NCBI GenBank assembly: GCA_051652765.1
Contig: JBOFUV010000059.1
Location: forward strand, 1 to 22,569
Reading direction: 5' to 3'
From: Microcoleaceae cyanobacterium
GTDB taxonomy: Bacteria > Cyanobacteriota > Cyanobacteriia > Cyanobacteriales > Microcoleaceae
DNA length: 22,569 nt
The position numbers were made by a program, and so were the translations under genes. Positions within the stretch are counted from its first letter, which is position 1. Every line of letters begins with the position of its first letter. A model generated the notes under the pieces. The model did not search any database and was not told the origin of the DNA. It saw nothing but the letters and a program-made list of their open reading frames with translations. Of this stretch, positions 7,659 to 16,765 are shown piece after piece.

Positions 7659-8495
7659 CTATGCAGAGAGCAGCCAAAACCCGCTGTAGGTCACGCCAGA
7701 ATCATCGGGCTGAACGAGCAGAAAGTGTAAACCCTGAGCGCTCTGCCTCCGCTGCTGATAACTTTTGGCAGCTTGGGTAATTTCTAAATCCTCGAAGGTC
7801 ACCAGAATCCACCGATCAACCAGTCCGGCTTCTAAAATCAAGCCATCGGGTGAGCCAGGAACATAGTTCAAGGCAAACGGGCGGGTAGCTTGAACCCATT
7901 GAGCCAATCGCCGGGACTGACGACCTCCATCAATGACAATTCCTGGAATAGGCACGATTGAAGCCAAGCCCAAATTCAATGGAAGCAGGGCTTCTGGCAG
8001 TTCTAAAATTGGGATCGGACGGTCAGCAAACCCATCAATCAACTCCCCCGCCGACAAGGAGGCAAAGCGCCAGCGATCGCCCCATAAATTCTCCGGCAGC
8101 GGCACCGGCGGAGGCCGATCCAGGGCCAGTGGTTCATAGGCTGCTCCCGTGTAAGTCTCGAACTGAGGATAAAGTTGGGCGCGTTCTTGGAGCCATTGTT
8201 TTAAAGGTTCTGTATGACGATTGGGCTGGACTAAAATACCCCAGGTTTGACTGGCCTGCGTGATTAAGTTGAGACATTGAGGCCGAAAGACCTGAATCAT
8301 GTCAGGGGTTTGTTGTTGGCGTTGAATAGCAGCTTGAACTTGCTGTTTTAACCAACTGGAATTAACCTGAGCTTGGGGACAAAACGCAACAAATTCAAAG
8401 GATCGAACCATGTCGCAGATCAGCAACTCCCACAAAGGCTGCCCAGTCGGGTCTTGTAGAGGACGACGATAACAATCCGCTTGCCAGATCAGCAT
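7659..8495 (-). CDS. Tab2/Atab2-family (DUF1092) putative RNA-binding protein
   Basis: WQADCYRRPL..D...LWELLICD, PLPENLWGDRWRF, LILEAGLVDRWIL and GLHFLLVQPDD.....GFWLL motifs. Confidence 0.88.
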   Translation of the reverse strand: MLIWQADCYRRPLQDPTGQPLWELLICDMVRSFEFVAFCPQAQVNSSWLKQQVQAAIQRQQQTPDMIQVFRPQCLNLITQASQTWGILVQPNRHTEPLKQWLQERAQLYPQFETYTGAAYEPLALDRPPPVPLPENLWGDRWRFASLSAGELIDGFADRPIPILELPEALLPLNLGLASIVPIPGIVIDGGRQSRRLAQWVQATRPFALNYVPGSPDGLILEAGLVDRWILVTFEDLEITQAAKSYQQRRQSAQGLHFLLVQPDDSGVTYSGFWLLSA

Positions 8496-8500
8496 AGAAT

Positions 8501-8574
8501 TTCAGCAATCACGTTTAGCAATCAGTTCAGCAATCACGTTTAGTAATCAGTTTAGTAATCAACTTAGTAATCAA
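8501..8574. repeat. 12-13-nt tandem repeat x6 (core TYAGYAATCA)
   Basis: TTCAGCAATCACG TTTAGCAATCAG TTCAGCAATCACG TTTAGTAATCAG TTTAGTAATCAA CTTAGTAATCAA; there are no unique spacers. Confidence 0.9.
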
Positions 8575-8695
8575 CAAATGGCAATGTTAGGAGTGGACAC
8601 TTTGTAAAACCTGCACGGTATCCTTCCCGACAACTTCGCAGTGTGGCTAATATGATCTACTATTATTAACCATTACTCAATCCTGCCGCTTCATC

Positions 8696-9982
8696 ATGAA
8701 TCCTGCTCTGACACAGTTTGGCGATCGCATGTCTCATCTGACTGGCGTACGTGCGATTATGAAAGATATTATCGAGACCCTGAAGTCAGGCAACAAAAAG
8801 GATTTTATCAATCTCAGCGCCGGTAATCCTGTAATTCTCCCCAAGGTTGAGAATCTGTGGCGAGATTGTACTCTACAACTGCTAGGCTCTCCCGAATACG
8901 GTGAAGTCGTCTGTCGCTACGGCTCGAGTCAAGGGTATCAACCCCTGATTGAAGTGATTGTTGAGGATTTCAACTCGCGCTACGATCTGGAGTTGAGCGA
9001 TCGCAATATTTTGATTACTCCCGGCAGTCAAGCCATCTATTTTTACGCAGCAAACGCCTTTGGGGGCTATACCACAGGAGGAGCCCTAAAAAATATCATC
9101 TTGCCCCTGAGCCCAGACTACACGGGCTATGGCGGGGTGAGCCTCTTTCCTGAAGCTGTTGTCGCTTATCAACCCGCTCTGGAGCTTGATCCGGGTAATC
9201 ATCATTTTAAATATCGTCCAGACTTTAACCAGCTTGTGATTGACGAGACGACAGGCTGTGTGATTTTTTCTCGCCCCTGCAATCCTAGCGGCAATGTGTT
9301 GACCGATGAGGAGGTGAAGAAAATTGCCGCCTTGGCCGCTCCCTATCACGTTCCCGTGTTTATTGACTCGGCCTATGCTCCTCCTTTCCCTGCCTTGAAT
9401 TTTACAGAGCTGAATCCGGTTTTTGGTGAGAATATCGTTCATTGCCTGAGCCTGTCCAAAGCAGGGTTGCCAGGAGAGCGCCTAGGCATTGCCATTGGCC
9501 CAGAGAACCTGATTCAAATCCTCGAAGCCTTTCAAACCAATCTCTGTATTCATTCAGCTCGCTACGGTCAGGCGATCGCCGCCCGTGCCATTGGTTCAGG
9601 AGCCTTGTCAGAAATTGCAATCGATGTGATTCGTCCGTATTACCAGAGTAAGTTTGCGATTCTTGAAGCCACCTTGGATCGAGCTATGCCCAAAGATTTA
9701 CCCTGGTTCCTCCATCGGGGAGAGGGCGGTATCTTTGGCTGGATCTGGTTCCAAGATTTGCCGATTACAGATTGGGAACTTTATCAGCAGTTGAAGGAAG
9801 TAGGTGTGATTGTTGTGCCCGGAAGTCCGTTCTTTCCCGGATTGTCTGGAGCTTGGCCCCATCAGCACCAATGTATCCGGATCAGCCTAACTGCCGAGGA
9901 TGACGAGATTGTCAAGGGGATGGAGCAGCTCGTTAAAGTGGTTGAAAACGTTTATCGCAAGGTTTTAGTCAAGGTCAGTTGA
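8696..9982 (+). CDS. avtA: Valine--pyruvate transaminase (PLP-dependent, class I)
   Basis: LSAGNP, FKYRPDF, SRPCNPSGNVLTDEE, IDSAY and the PLP-lysine motif SLSKAGLPGERLG, all characteristic of AvtA. Confidence 0.9.
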   Translation: MNPALTQFGDRMSHLTGVRAIMKDIIETLKSGNKKDFINLSAGNPVILPKVENLWRDCTLQLLGSPEYGEVVCRYGSSQGYQPLIEVIVEDFNSRYDLELSDRNILITPGSQAIYFYAANAFGGYTTGGALKNIILPLSPDYTGYGGVSLFPEAVVAYQPALELDPGNHHFKYRPDFNQLVIDETTGCVIFSRPCNPSGNVLTDEEVKKIAALAAPYHVPVFIDSAYAPPFPALNFTELNPVFGENIVHCLSLSKAGLPGERLGIAIGPENLIQILEAFQTNLCIHSARYGQAIAARAIGSGALSEIAIDVIRPYYQSKFAILEATLDRAMPKDLPWFLHRGEGGIFGWIWFQDLPITDWELYQQLKEVGVIVVPGSPFFPGLSGAWPHQHQCIRISLTAEDDEIVKGMEQLVKVVENVYRKVLVKVS

Positions 9983-10105
9983 ACAGGGGCGGTTAAGGGT
10001 AGATCGGGTAGATTGAAACTGGTTTTGAATCTTAAACTTTAGATGGCTACATATGGCTATATAAGGTTTGAAAGTCAAATGTTAGAGGTCAAAGGTTCTA
10101 GACAG

Positions 10106-10867
10106 CTAGGCACCGATAGCTTCATCAATGACAGACAATCGCTGAGAAGCATAGCCGATCCCTCGCACTGTGAGAATAAACTCAGGATTGCGTTGATCTT
10201 CCTCAATTTTGGCCCGCAGCCGAGCCACATGCACATCAACAACTCGCATATCAGCAATGCGGCGAGGAGCATACCCCCAGAGTTCCTGCAGAATTTCCGA
10301 ACGAGAAACCGCCTCCCCAGAATGCTTTAACAGGAGTTCCAGCAGGTTGAACTCAATGTAAGTTAGAGGGACAGCTTTACCTTGCTTATAGACCCGCCGC
10401 TTAATCGTATCAACTTGCAACTCATCGACATGAATTACTTCAGTTGTGAAGGAAGACTGGGAAGGAGAATCCTTGAATCGTCTTAGAATGGCTTGAATGC
10501 GCGCCTCTAACTCCTTAGGCGAAAAAGGCTTGGTGAGGTAATCATCAGCACCGAGTTCTAACCCTGTGACTCGGTCAGCCACATCTCCTAGGGCCGTCAG
10601 CATCACAATCGGCACATCTGAATTCTCACGGATTTTTTGGCAGACTCCATATCCGTTCAGTCTTGGCATCATCACGTCCAATACAACTAGGTCAGGACTC
10701 TCTTTGTCAAAGCACTCCAAGGCTTCTAAACCATCTGCGGCTACAACAACCTTGTAGCCAACCATTGCCAAGCGAGTGGATAAAATCCGGCGGATCGCAG
10801 ACTCGTCATCTGCAATCAAAATTTTCCTGGGAACACGTTTTTCTTCGGATTGTGCTTGTACTGCCAT
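10106..10867 (-). CDS. srrA: OmpR-family response regulator, SrrA-like paralog of RpaB
   Basis: The receiver domain is RpaB-like (IRRILSTRL, LDVMMP, LTALGDVADRVTGLELGADDY). The wHTH has SrrA-type WGYAPRRIADMRVVDVHVARLR and LTVRGIGYASQR rather than the RpaB-type TPERHVDTR and TARGTGYLFQR. ATG 10867 (253 aa) is preferred over TTG 10957. Confidence 0.7.
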   Translation of the reverse strand: MAVQAQSEEKRVPRKILIADDESAIRRILSTRLAMVGYKVVVAADGLEALECFDKESPDLVVLDVMMPRLNGYGVCQKIRENSDVPIVMLTALGDVADRVTGLELGADDYLTKPFSPKELEARIQAILRRFKDSPSQSSFTTEVIHVDELQVDTIKRRVYKQGKAVPLTYIEFNLLELLLKHSGEAVSRSEILQELWGYAPRRIADMRVVDVHVARLRAKIEEDQRNPEFILTVRGIGYASQRLSVIDEAIGA

Positions 10868-11082
10868 GTCTGCTTCCGTTTTTTTAAAAGTGGAACATTC
10901 AACAAAATGATTTAAAACTTCGGGCTGTATTCTTTTGGCACCAGTTCTTACATCCAAACTCTGGAATCATCACTGAAAAGAGTAGGGACGCCAACTTTCC
11001 CAGCAAAAATTAACATCTTTAACACCCACCCTTAAACCATCCAGGATCTCAGTGAGTTCACTTCTATCCCAAAAGATTTTTT

Positions 11083-11113
11083 TGATAACGCCCGTTATCA
11101 TATTGTTATCATA
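11083..11113. promoter_or_regulatory. Operator-like inverted and direct repeat of TGATAAC
   Basis: TGATAACG-CC-CGTTATCA perfect palindrome (11083-11100), plus GTTATCATA repeated at an 11-bp period (11094, 11105), in a divergent promoter region. Confidence 0.55.
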
Positions 11114-11296
11114 AAGTGTAACCCGTACTTCAAAATCTTTGCACTCTCACAAAAAAATTAACTTTTTTTTACAAAACCTGAGGGGATACTCACTACTTTA
11201 CAAATTAATGCGATCCCAAGCGGTAAGCTCCCAATTGAGACTGCTATTATCGAGGCATTATTTCAGTTGTTTGTCAGGCGTGATTGTGCTGAACTT

Positions 11297-11554
11297 ATGC
11301 CAAATCCATTCCTGGGAGTGCGAATTCCTCCTGATGTTCATGAAGCGCTACTGGCGCGCGTACAGGCAACTGGTCAGTCCAAGTCAGATGTCGTTGTTGA
11401 TGCACTGAGGGCATACCTTGGCATGTCCTCTCATCAGGACAGAATTGGAGATCTAGAGTCTAGGCTTTCAGTTTTGGAGGGCCAACTCGAACACATGAAT
11501 CAACAGTCCTTGCCCACGAGCCACAACCGAACAACAGATATCCAAACCTCTTAA
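11297..11554 (+). CDS. Small ribbon-helix-helix (CopG/Arc-like) DNA-binding protein with a C-terminal coiled coil
   Basis: FLGVRIPPDVHEALLARVQATGQSKSDVVVDALRAYL fits the RHH strand-helix-G.S.S-helix pattern; RIGDLESRLSVLEGQL is a heptad repeat. ATG 11297, 85 aa. Confidence 0.8.
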   Translation: MPNPFLGVRIPPDVHEALLARVQATGQSKSDVVVDALRAYLGMSSHQDRIGDLESRLSVLEGQLEHMNQQSLPTSHNRTTDIQTS

Positions 11555-11672
11555 GTGATAACTCTAAGTAATACTTCTTACAGCGACTTTTGTTCAGATG
11601 CGATCCAGAGCGATTTAAAAACTGCTGTGAGTAATCAATCAGAAAGAAGCGAGGAGGCGATGAAAAAACTCG

Positions 11673-12548
11673 ATGAAAAAACTTCTTGTCACTGGAGCCA
11701 GTGGATTTCTCGGTTGGAATATCTGTCAAGTAGCCCAAGCTCGATGGCAAGTGTATGGCACCTATCACGCTCATCGAGTTGAATATTCTGGAGTGAATTT
11801 TGTTCGGGTTAACCTCACTGATGTTCAGGCGCTGAAAGATTTATTTAATACCCTAAAACCGGATGCGGTGATTCATGCAGCAGCCCAATCAAAACCCAAT
11901 TTTTGTCAACTTCATCCCGATGAAACCTATCTAGTTAATGTGATGGCTGCTATTCAGATTGCTGAACTCTGTGGCGATCGCAATATTCCCTGTGCTTTTA
12001 CCTCAACGGATCTGGTGTTTGATGGGCTCCATCCTCCCTACACAGAAACCGATCCCGTTTCTCCCAGCAGTTACTATGGGGAACAAAAAGTTCTGGCAGA
12101 ACAAACGATTTTAGCTCAATATCCTAGAACTTCTGTGTGTCGAATGCCTCTGATGTTTGGTCTGGCTTCTCCTTGGGCTGAGAGTTTTATTCAGTCATTT
12201 CTGCGGGCTTTGCAAGCAGGACAAGATTTAAAGGTGTTCACCGATGAATTCAGAACTCCGGTGAGTGGGGTCACTGCGGCCCAGGGATTATTATTGGCTC
12301 TAGAAACGGACGGTGGCTTGTTCCATTTGGGCGGTATTGATCGGGTTTCTCGGTACGATTTTGTGAAATTAATGGCAGAGGTGTTTGAATTATCCCCTGC
12401 AGGAATTAAACCCTGTTTGCAAAAAGATGTACCAATGCCCGCCCCTCGCCCTACCGATGTATCTCTGAATAGTTCTAAGGCTTTTTCTTGGGGTTATAAA
12501 CCCTTGTCTTTGAGAACAGAATTAGAACAATTGAAGGGTAGAATTTGA
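11673..12548 (+). CDS. Extended SDR oxidoreductase, dTDP-4-dehydrorhamnose reductase (RmlD)-like
   Basis: TGASGFLG, STDLVFDG, YGEQK (YxxxK), DEFRTP and PRPTDVSL motifs. No other rml genes are nearby, so the substrate is uncertain. Confidence 0.85.
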   Translation: MKKLLVTGASGFLGWNICQVAQARWQVYGTYHAHRVEYSGVNFVRVNLTDVQALKDLFNTLKPDAVIHAAAQSKPNFCQLHPDETYLVNVMAAIQIAELCGDRNIPCAFTSTDLVFDGLHPPYTETDPVSPSSYYGEQKVLAEQTILAQYPRTSVCRMPLMFGLASPWAESFIQSFLRALQAGQDLKVFTDEFRTPVSGVTAAQGLLLALETDGGLFHLGGIDRVSRYDFVKLMAEVFELSPAGIKPCLQKDVPMPAPRPTDVSLNSSKAFSWGYKPLSLRTELEQLKGRI

Positions 12549-12604
12549 TTTTTTACAAGCAATCTTTCGCAACTAATTTTTTGCAAGCAATTTTTTGTAA
12601 CTAA
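12549..12604. repeat. 14-nt tandem repeat x4 in ABAB order
   Basis: TTTTTTACAAGCAA TCTTTCGCAACTAA TTTTTTGCAAGCAA TTTTTTGTAACTAA, filling the whole gap between convergent genes. Confidence 0.75.
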
Positions 12605-14604
12605 TTCTCTATAATCCATTCTGGCCCGGTTAAAGTTCCTCGAAGCTGCCATTTTTCTGGCTTCGGATGATTTGACTTTAAATTTATACTTAACACACCA
12701 CTGTTTAACATTTCCTGAATGTAAGGACTCTCAATCACAGACCAACTTTTTAACACTCTAGGCTGATGATTAATCGTTGCAACACCAATTGCACTCTGAG
12801 GATTATAGGTCAGAGAAATCAGATCTCCAGCCAAACTTTGATAGGTTAATTTTCCCTGACTACTCCATTGGCTGTCGTCAACTTTAGCTTGATCCAGGGC
12901 TTGAGTTAACTGTTGAAAATTTGGATAATTTGCCATAGAAGCAACGTCTGTAATCCAGGCAGTTTTTATGCCTTCTGCCACTAATCCTTCAAACTTTAAA
13001 TCTTCTGCCGTCACGACAGGTTGATTCTGGTTGGGTAACGGTTTCCATGCCACGCGATCGCCCCAAACCCTAGCACACAGCCAAATATTTTTAATCTGCC
13101 AAACATACCACTCTTTGTGGCGTTGAGGGTTGCCATAGCCTTGAGGCATGACCAAACTGGTACGGGGAGGCACCCCTGCGGCCAAATCCTGAGCATTTAA
13201 AATCGATTGAAACAGGACGGTTCCTCGCTTCTGAACCAGTTGATCTGCGGGGCTTCGGCCTGTCGCTAAGTGCGTGTGGTAAGTGCCTCCTAAGTTCACA
13301 ACACTGTTCTCAATGCCCCTTGGGTCACGCACGACAAGCTTGTAAGTTGCATACTGGGCCCGAATTGTCCCCTGGACTTGATAGCTGCGGTTTGGCTCTA
13401 ATAACGTTCCCAAACTGTAATCTGCAGCGACGTAAAACGTTTCCCAGAGCTGATTATCGGCATCATAGCTATAATAGGCCGGATGGCTGATCTGAGCTTC
13501 AAAGGGTAAAGGAATGTGTTTGTCCGCGATGTCCCTAAGAATTTCTGGGGGTCGATAGGAACTCAGACCTGCGGGCAGGGCCAACCAAGCCTGTTTTTTG
13601 CCCATCTTGTTTACGAGTTCGGTGTCTTCCCCCCACCACTGCCAAGCGACAGCGGTTAAGCCACTGTCCCAAGTCTTTCGGTCAAACCCTCGACTCTCTG
13701 CCCCGCCCGCTGTTCCCCAACTTAACCGCAACGCCATATTCGTCGCAAGCCAGTCTAGCAAACCTTTTGCTAGTTTTTTTAGTTCAGGATTCTGAGCAAA
13801 GTCATATAGGTTCAGCAAGCCGCTAATGCTATAGCCGTAGTAAATCGAGGAATGAAACTCGCCTTGGCCAATCGTGAGGAATTTGTTCAGTTCAGCCCGT
13901 AACCAGGCTTCGTTCGTCGCTGCACTGGCTGGATCACCCACGGGGAAGCCACTACCATCCATCAACGCCAAACCCGAGGCCCGATGCATGAACATGTGAT
14001 TTTCCGTGCCGCCCTCTGTCCATTCCAATACTTGAGGCAGGGCGAGTTGGTTCCGGTAGATGTCTTTGACTGAATTCGGCATCGTGTCCTGAAACAGAAA
14101 GAAAATCCGCACATCCAAAGGACTACGAAAGTGATATAAATCCTGTTTGTCTCGGTCTAACTTGAGTAATATTTCCCAAGTTTGATCAGGGCGATGATGT
14201 AAGCTTAATCTCGCTAAAATAATCGGTAATAAATATTTGTGAGGATCACCTAAGCTAACCCGCCTCCACCAAGCATCAGCTTTTATTAAGTCCTCTGCGG
14301 CCAGCTTTTTTCGAATGGCTAGGCTGCGAGTTTGAAAGGCAATTTCTTCTGGAGAATTCAAACGAGGTTCTAAGATGGATTTAGATAAACTAGATCTAGA
14401 ATGACCTAAATCCTGAGACAACATCTTTAGATCTTGTGGCGGATTCTGGAGGAGTAGATTTTGATTTGACTCCAGGTTTTGTAATACTTTGGGTTGTGAG
14501 CGGGGAGAGCGAACGGCACAACTTAGATTAATCAAAGACAATAAGCTCAAACTGAAGATTAACCTTGAGCTTGAACGAAAAAAAAAGAGTCGAGTTAGGT
14601 TCAT
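12601..14604 (-). CDS. Uncharacterised 667-aa predicted lipoprotein
   Basis: Long uninterrupted ORF with a hydrophobic leader ending in a lipobox-like INLS-C29. The N-half looks helical (GTENH, EFHSSIYY, LLNLYDFA) and the C-half looks beta-rich and aromatic. Confidence 0.75.
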   Translation of the reverse strand: MNLTRLFFFRSSSRLIFSLSLLSLINLSCAVRSPRSQPKVLQNLESNQNLLLQNPPQDLKMLSQDLGHSRSSLSKSILEPRLNSPEEIAFQTRSLAIRKKLAAEDLIKADAWWRRVSLGDPHKYLLPIILARLSLHHRPDQTWEILLKLDRDKQDLYHFRSPLDVRIFFLFQDTMPNSVKDIYRNQLALPQVLEWTEGGTENHMFMHRASGLALMDGSGFPVGDPASAATNEAWLRAELNKFLTIGQGEFHSSIYYGYSISGLLNLYDFAQNPELKKLAKGLLDWLATNMALRLSWGTAGGAESRGFDRKTWDSGLTAVAWQWWGEDTELVNKMGKKQAWLALPAGLSSYRPPEILRDIADKHIPLPFEAQISHPAYYSYDADNQLWETFYVAADYSLGTLLEPNRSYQVQGTIRAQYATYKLVVRDPRGIENSVVNLGGTYHTHLATGRSPADQLVQKRGTVLFQSILNAQDLAAGVPPRTSLVMPQGYGNPQRHKEWYVWQIKNIWLCARVWGDRVAWKPLPNQNQPVVTAEDLKFEGLVAEGIKTAWITDVASMANYPNFQQLTQALDQAKVDDSQWSSQGKLTYQSLAGDLISLTYNPQSAIGVATINHQPRVLKSWSVIESPYIQEMLNSGVLSINLKSNHPKPEKWQLRGTLTGPEWIIEN

Positions 14605-14647
14605 GTCGCAATCCTCTCAAACTCCTTCTTGAAGTGAGATTGTTTTT

Positions 14648-15508
14648 CTATTTGCCAAACACTTTGACAACTCCAATTCCACCAAAATATAAACTGATCA
14701 CTGCTCCTGCCAGTAGACTTTGAGTCAATGGATCAGTCGATGGGGTGAGAACGGCTCCCAAAACAGCAGCTCCCAACAGCACATATCGCCAGCCAGAAAG
14801 CATAGTTGCAGAAGAAACAATCCCTAAATTCCCTAACAAAATCTGAATGACTGGAATTTGAAACGCTAGCCCTGTGCTAAACAACAGTAAAAGAATAAAT
14901 TTAAAATATTCATTAATTGACCACAGTTGCTCAACAACATCTGCGCCATAACTGATAAAAAACTTGAGGGCGGCTGGGATTAATACGCCGTAGGCAAAAC
15001 ATAACCCAACTCCAAACAGAACGGTAGAACTCAGAAATACAGGCCCTAAAAGTCGTCGTTCCCGCCGTGTCAGTCCCGGCAAGACAAACTGGGTAATCTG
15101 ATACAGAATAAACGGCGTGGCCAACAAAAGACCGCTATATCCAGCCACTTGTAGCGAGACGAAAAAATACTCCCCAGGAGCAAGCTGGAGAAATTTTACG
15201 CCCTGGGCTGGCCGTTCCAGCAATTGCACAATTGGGTTCACGGCAAAGAAACAGCCAACCACGGCAATGGCCACAGCAATCAGCGCATAGAAAATTCTGC
15301 GCCGCAATTCCTCTAGATGATCAAACAAGGACATCTCCACTTCATCTGGAATTTCATCCAGGAAGCTTTCTGGCGCTTCAGAATCATCTACAGAAGAATT
15401 ATCCAAAGCATTGCCCACATCTGTTTTGGACAGAGAGGGGTTTGGGTCAGCCGTTAGGGTGTTTGTCGAATCCTGGTTAGGAGTCTCCAAGTTTGAGGGA
15501 GAAGTCAT
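14648..15508 (-). CDS. tatC: Twin-arginine translocase subunit TatC
   Basis: [34 protein letters not shown] and [12 protein letters not shown] motifs; acidic N-terminal extension. ATG 15508 chosen as start. Confidence 0.97.
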   Translation of the reverse strand: MTSPSNLETPNQDSTNTLTADPNPSLSKTDVGNALDNSSVDDSEAPESFLDEIPDEVEMSLFDHLEELRRRIFYALIAVAIAVVGCFFAVNPIVQLLERPAQGVKFLQLAPGEYFFVSLQVAGYSGLLLATPFILYQITQFVLPGLTRRERRLLGPVFLSSTVLFGVGLCFAYGVLIPAALKFFISYGADVVEQLWSINEYFKFILLLLFSTGLAFQIPVIQILLGNLGIVSSATMLSGWRYVLLGAAVLGAVLTPSTDPLTQSLLAGAVISLYFGGIGVVKVFGK

Positions 15509-15824
15509 ATCCAATTGAGCGTTTAAAACGGATCGCGAATCCTGCTGAGATTATGGGACATTCCTCTCAAGAGGACTAATCAACTATTGTATCGTTAGGA
15601 TTTAGTAAATTTTGCCTAAATTGTTCAAGATTAACGGACAGTAGGAAACTGTAGCGTAAAATTAATAAAGGAACTGATCTGCTGTCAGATTAAAATCATC
15701 TTTGGGTTTTTAGGTTAGGTATTGAGGGCTGTGGCAGATTTAATGCTGTAAAGCAAGGTTTTGCGTAGTCTAGAAAACGTTAAAAAACGTTAAGAAAAAA
15801 GTATTAGAAAGACGTGATACAGAC

Positions 15825-16604
15825 ATGACACAGATACAAATCGACACCAATCAGACTCAAGCCCTAAACAATGACTGGGCGATCGTTGCAACTGATGTTC
15901 AGAAGTGGTATGGCAACAATTTTCATGTCCTAAGAGGGATCAGTCTGAACGTCAAACGGGGGGAAGTCGTGGTCATCATGGGGCCAAGTGGTTCCGGAAA
16001 ATCCACCTTTATTCGCACGTTCAATGCCCTAGAAGAGTTTCAGCAAGGCAGTATTGTGATTGATGGGATTAGCCTGTCCCATGACCTGCGGAATATTGAA
16101 GAAATCCGTCGGGAAGTTGGCATGGTGTTTCAGCAGTTTAACCTGTTTCCCCATTTGACCGTTTTACAAAACATAACTCTAGCGCCGGTCTGGGTACGAC
16201 GTTGGCCCAAGGCTAAAGCCGAGGCCAAGGCGCTGCAACTGCTCGAACGAGTTGGAATTCTCGAACAGGGCAAAAAATTTCCCGGCCAACTCTCTGGCGG
16301 ACAACAACAACGGGCTGCGATCGCCCGAGCCTTGGCTATGGAGCCCAAGATTATGCTGTTTGATGAACCCACCTCTGCCCTTGATCCAGAAATGGTACGA
16401 GAGGTACTGGATGTGATGCGAACCTTGGCAGGCCAGGGAATGACCATGGTCTGTGTTACCCACGAAGTCGGATTTGCCCGTGAGGTCGCCGATCGAGTGG
16501 TGCTGATGTCAGACGGAGTTTTAGTTGAAGAAAGCACTCCAGAAGAATTCTTCAACCATCCAAAGGAGGAGCGAACTCAGAAATTCCTCTCTCAAATTCT
16601 TTAG
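15825..16604 (+). CDS. Polar amino acid ABC transporter ATP-binding subunit (GlnQ/AapP/BztD-like)
   Basis: [48 protein letters not shown] and [13 protein letters not shown] motifs. Confidence 0.95.
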   Translation: MTQIQIDTNQTQALNNDWAIVATDVQKWYGNNFHVLRGISLNVKRGEVVVIMGPSGSGKSTFIRTFNALEEFQQGSIVIDGISLSHDLRNIEEIRREVGMVFQQFNLFPHLTVLQNITLAPVWVRRWPKAKAEAKALQLLERVGILEQGKKFPGQLSGGQQQRAAIARALAMEPKIMLFDEPTSALDPEMVREVLDVMRTLAGQGMTMVCVTHEVGFAREVADRVVLMSDGVLVEESTPEEFFNHPKEERTQKFLSQIL

Positions 16605-16626
16605 AATAAACGCCATGACGTGGGGT

Positions 16627-16666
16627 TGTGAAGGTTGGTGCCGAGCTGACAAGACCAACCTTCTCA
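16627..16666 (+). other. Stem-loop downstream of the ABC ATPase gene
   Basis: GAAGGTTGGT (16630-16639) pairs perfectly with ACCAACCTTC (16654-16663) around a 14-nt loop; no U tail. Confidence 0.5.
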
Positions 16667-16765
16667 TCGCTGGGTTTAGTTTTCTGGGGGTGATTAACCC
16701 AAGCTTTGCAGTTGTCAACTAAGATCCAAGATGATCACTATTCACCGCGATCATTCGCTTGACTC

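Noticed and set aside
8501..8574. Possible CRISPR array
   Set aside because: Units are 12-13 nt and directly abutting, with no unique spacers and no cas genes.
10868..10957. N-terminal extensions proposed by the ORF track for the response regulator (likewise secE, glgA, tatC and the RHH gene)
   Set aside because: Downstream starts match family N-termini and lengths better; the extensions look non-conserved.
11279..11300. Similarity of CGTGATTGTGCTGAACTTATGC (before the RHH start) to the repeat unit before the Tab2-family start
   Set aside because: Short gapped match seen only twice; not distinguishable from chance.
11673..12548. Calling the SDR rmlD/rfbD as part of a polysaccharide locus
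   Set aside because: No rmlABC or glycosyltransferase neighbours; only family-level similarity is supportable.
14518..14604. Tat signal in the lipoprotein behind tatC; T9 run (14578-14586) as a phase-variation switch
   Set aside because: There is no RR pair in the leader. The T run is in frame, encodes FFF in a signal peptide and is unremarkable in AT-rich sequence.
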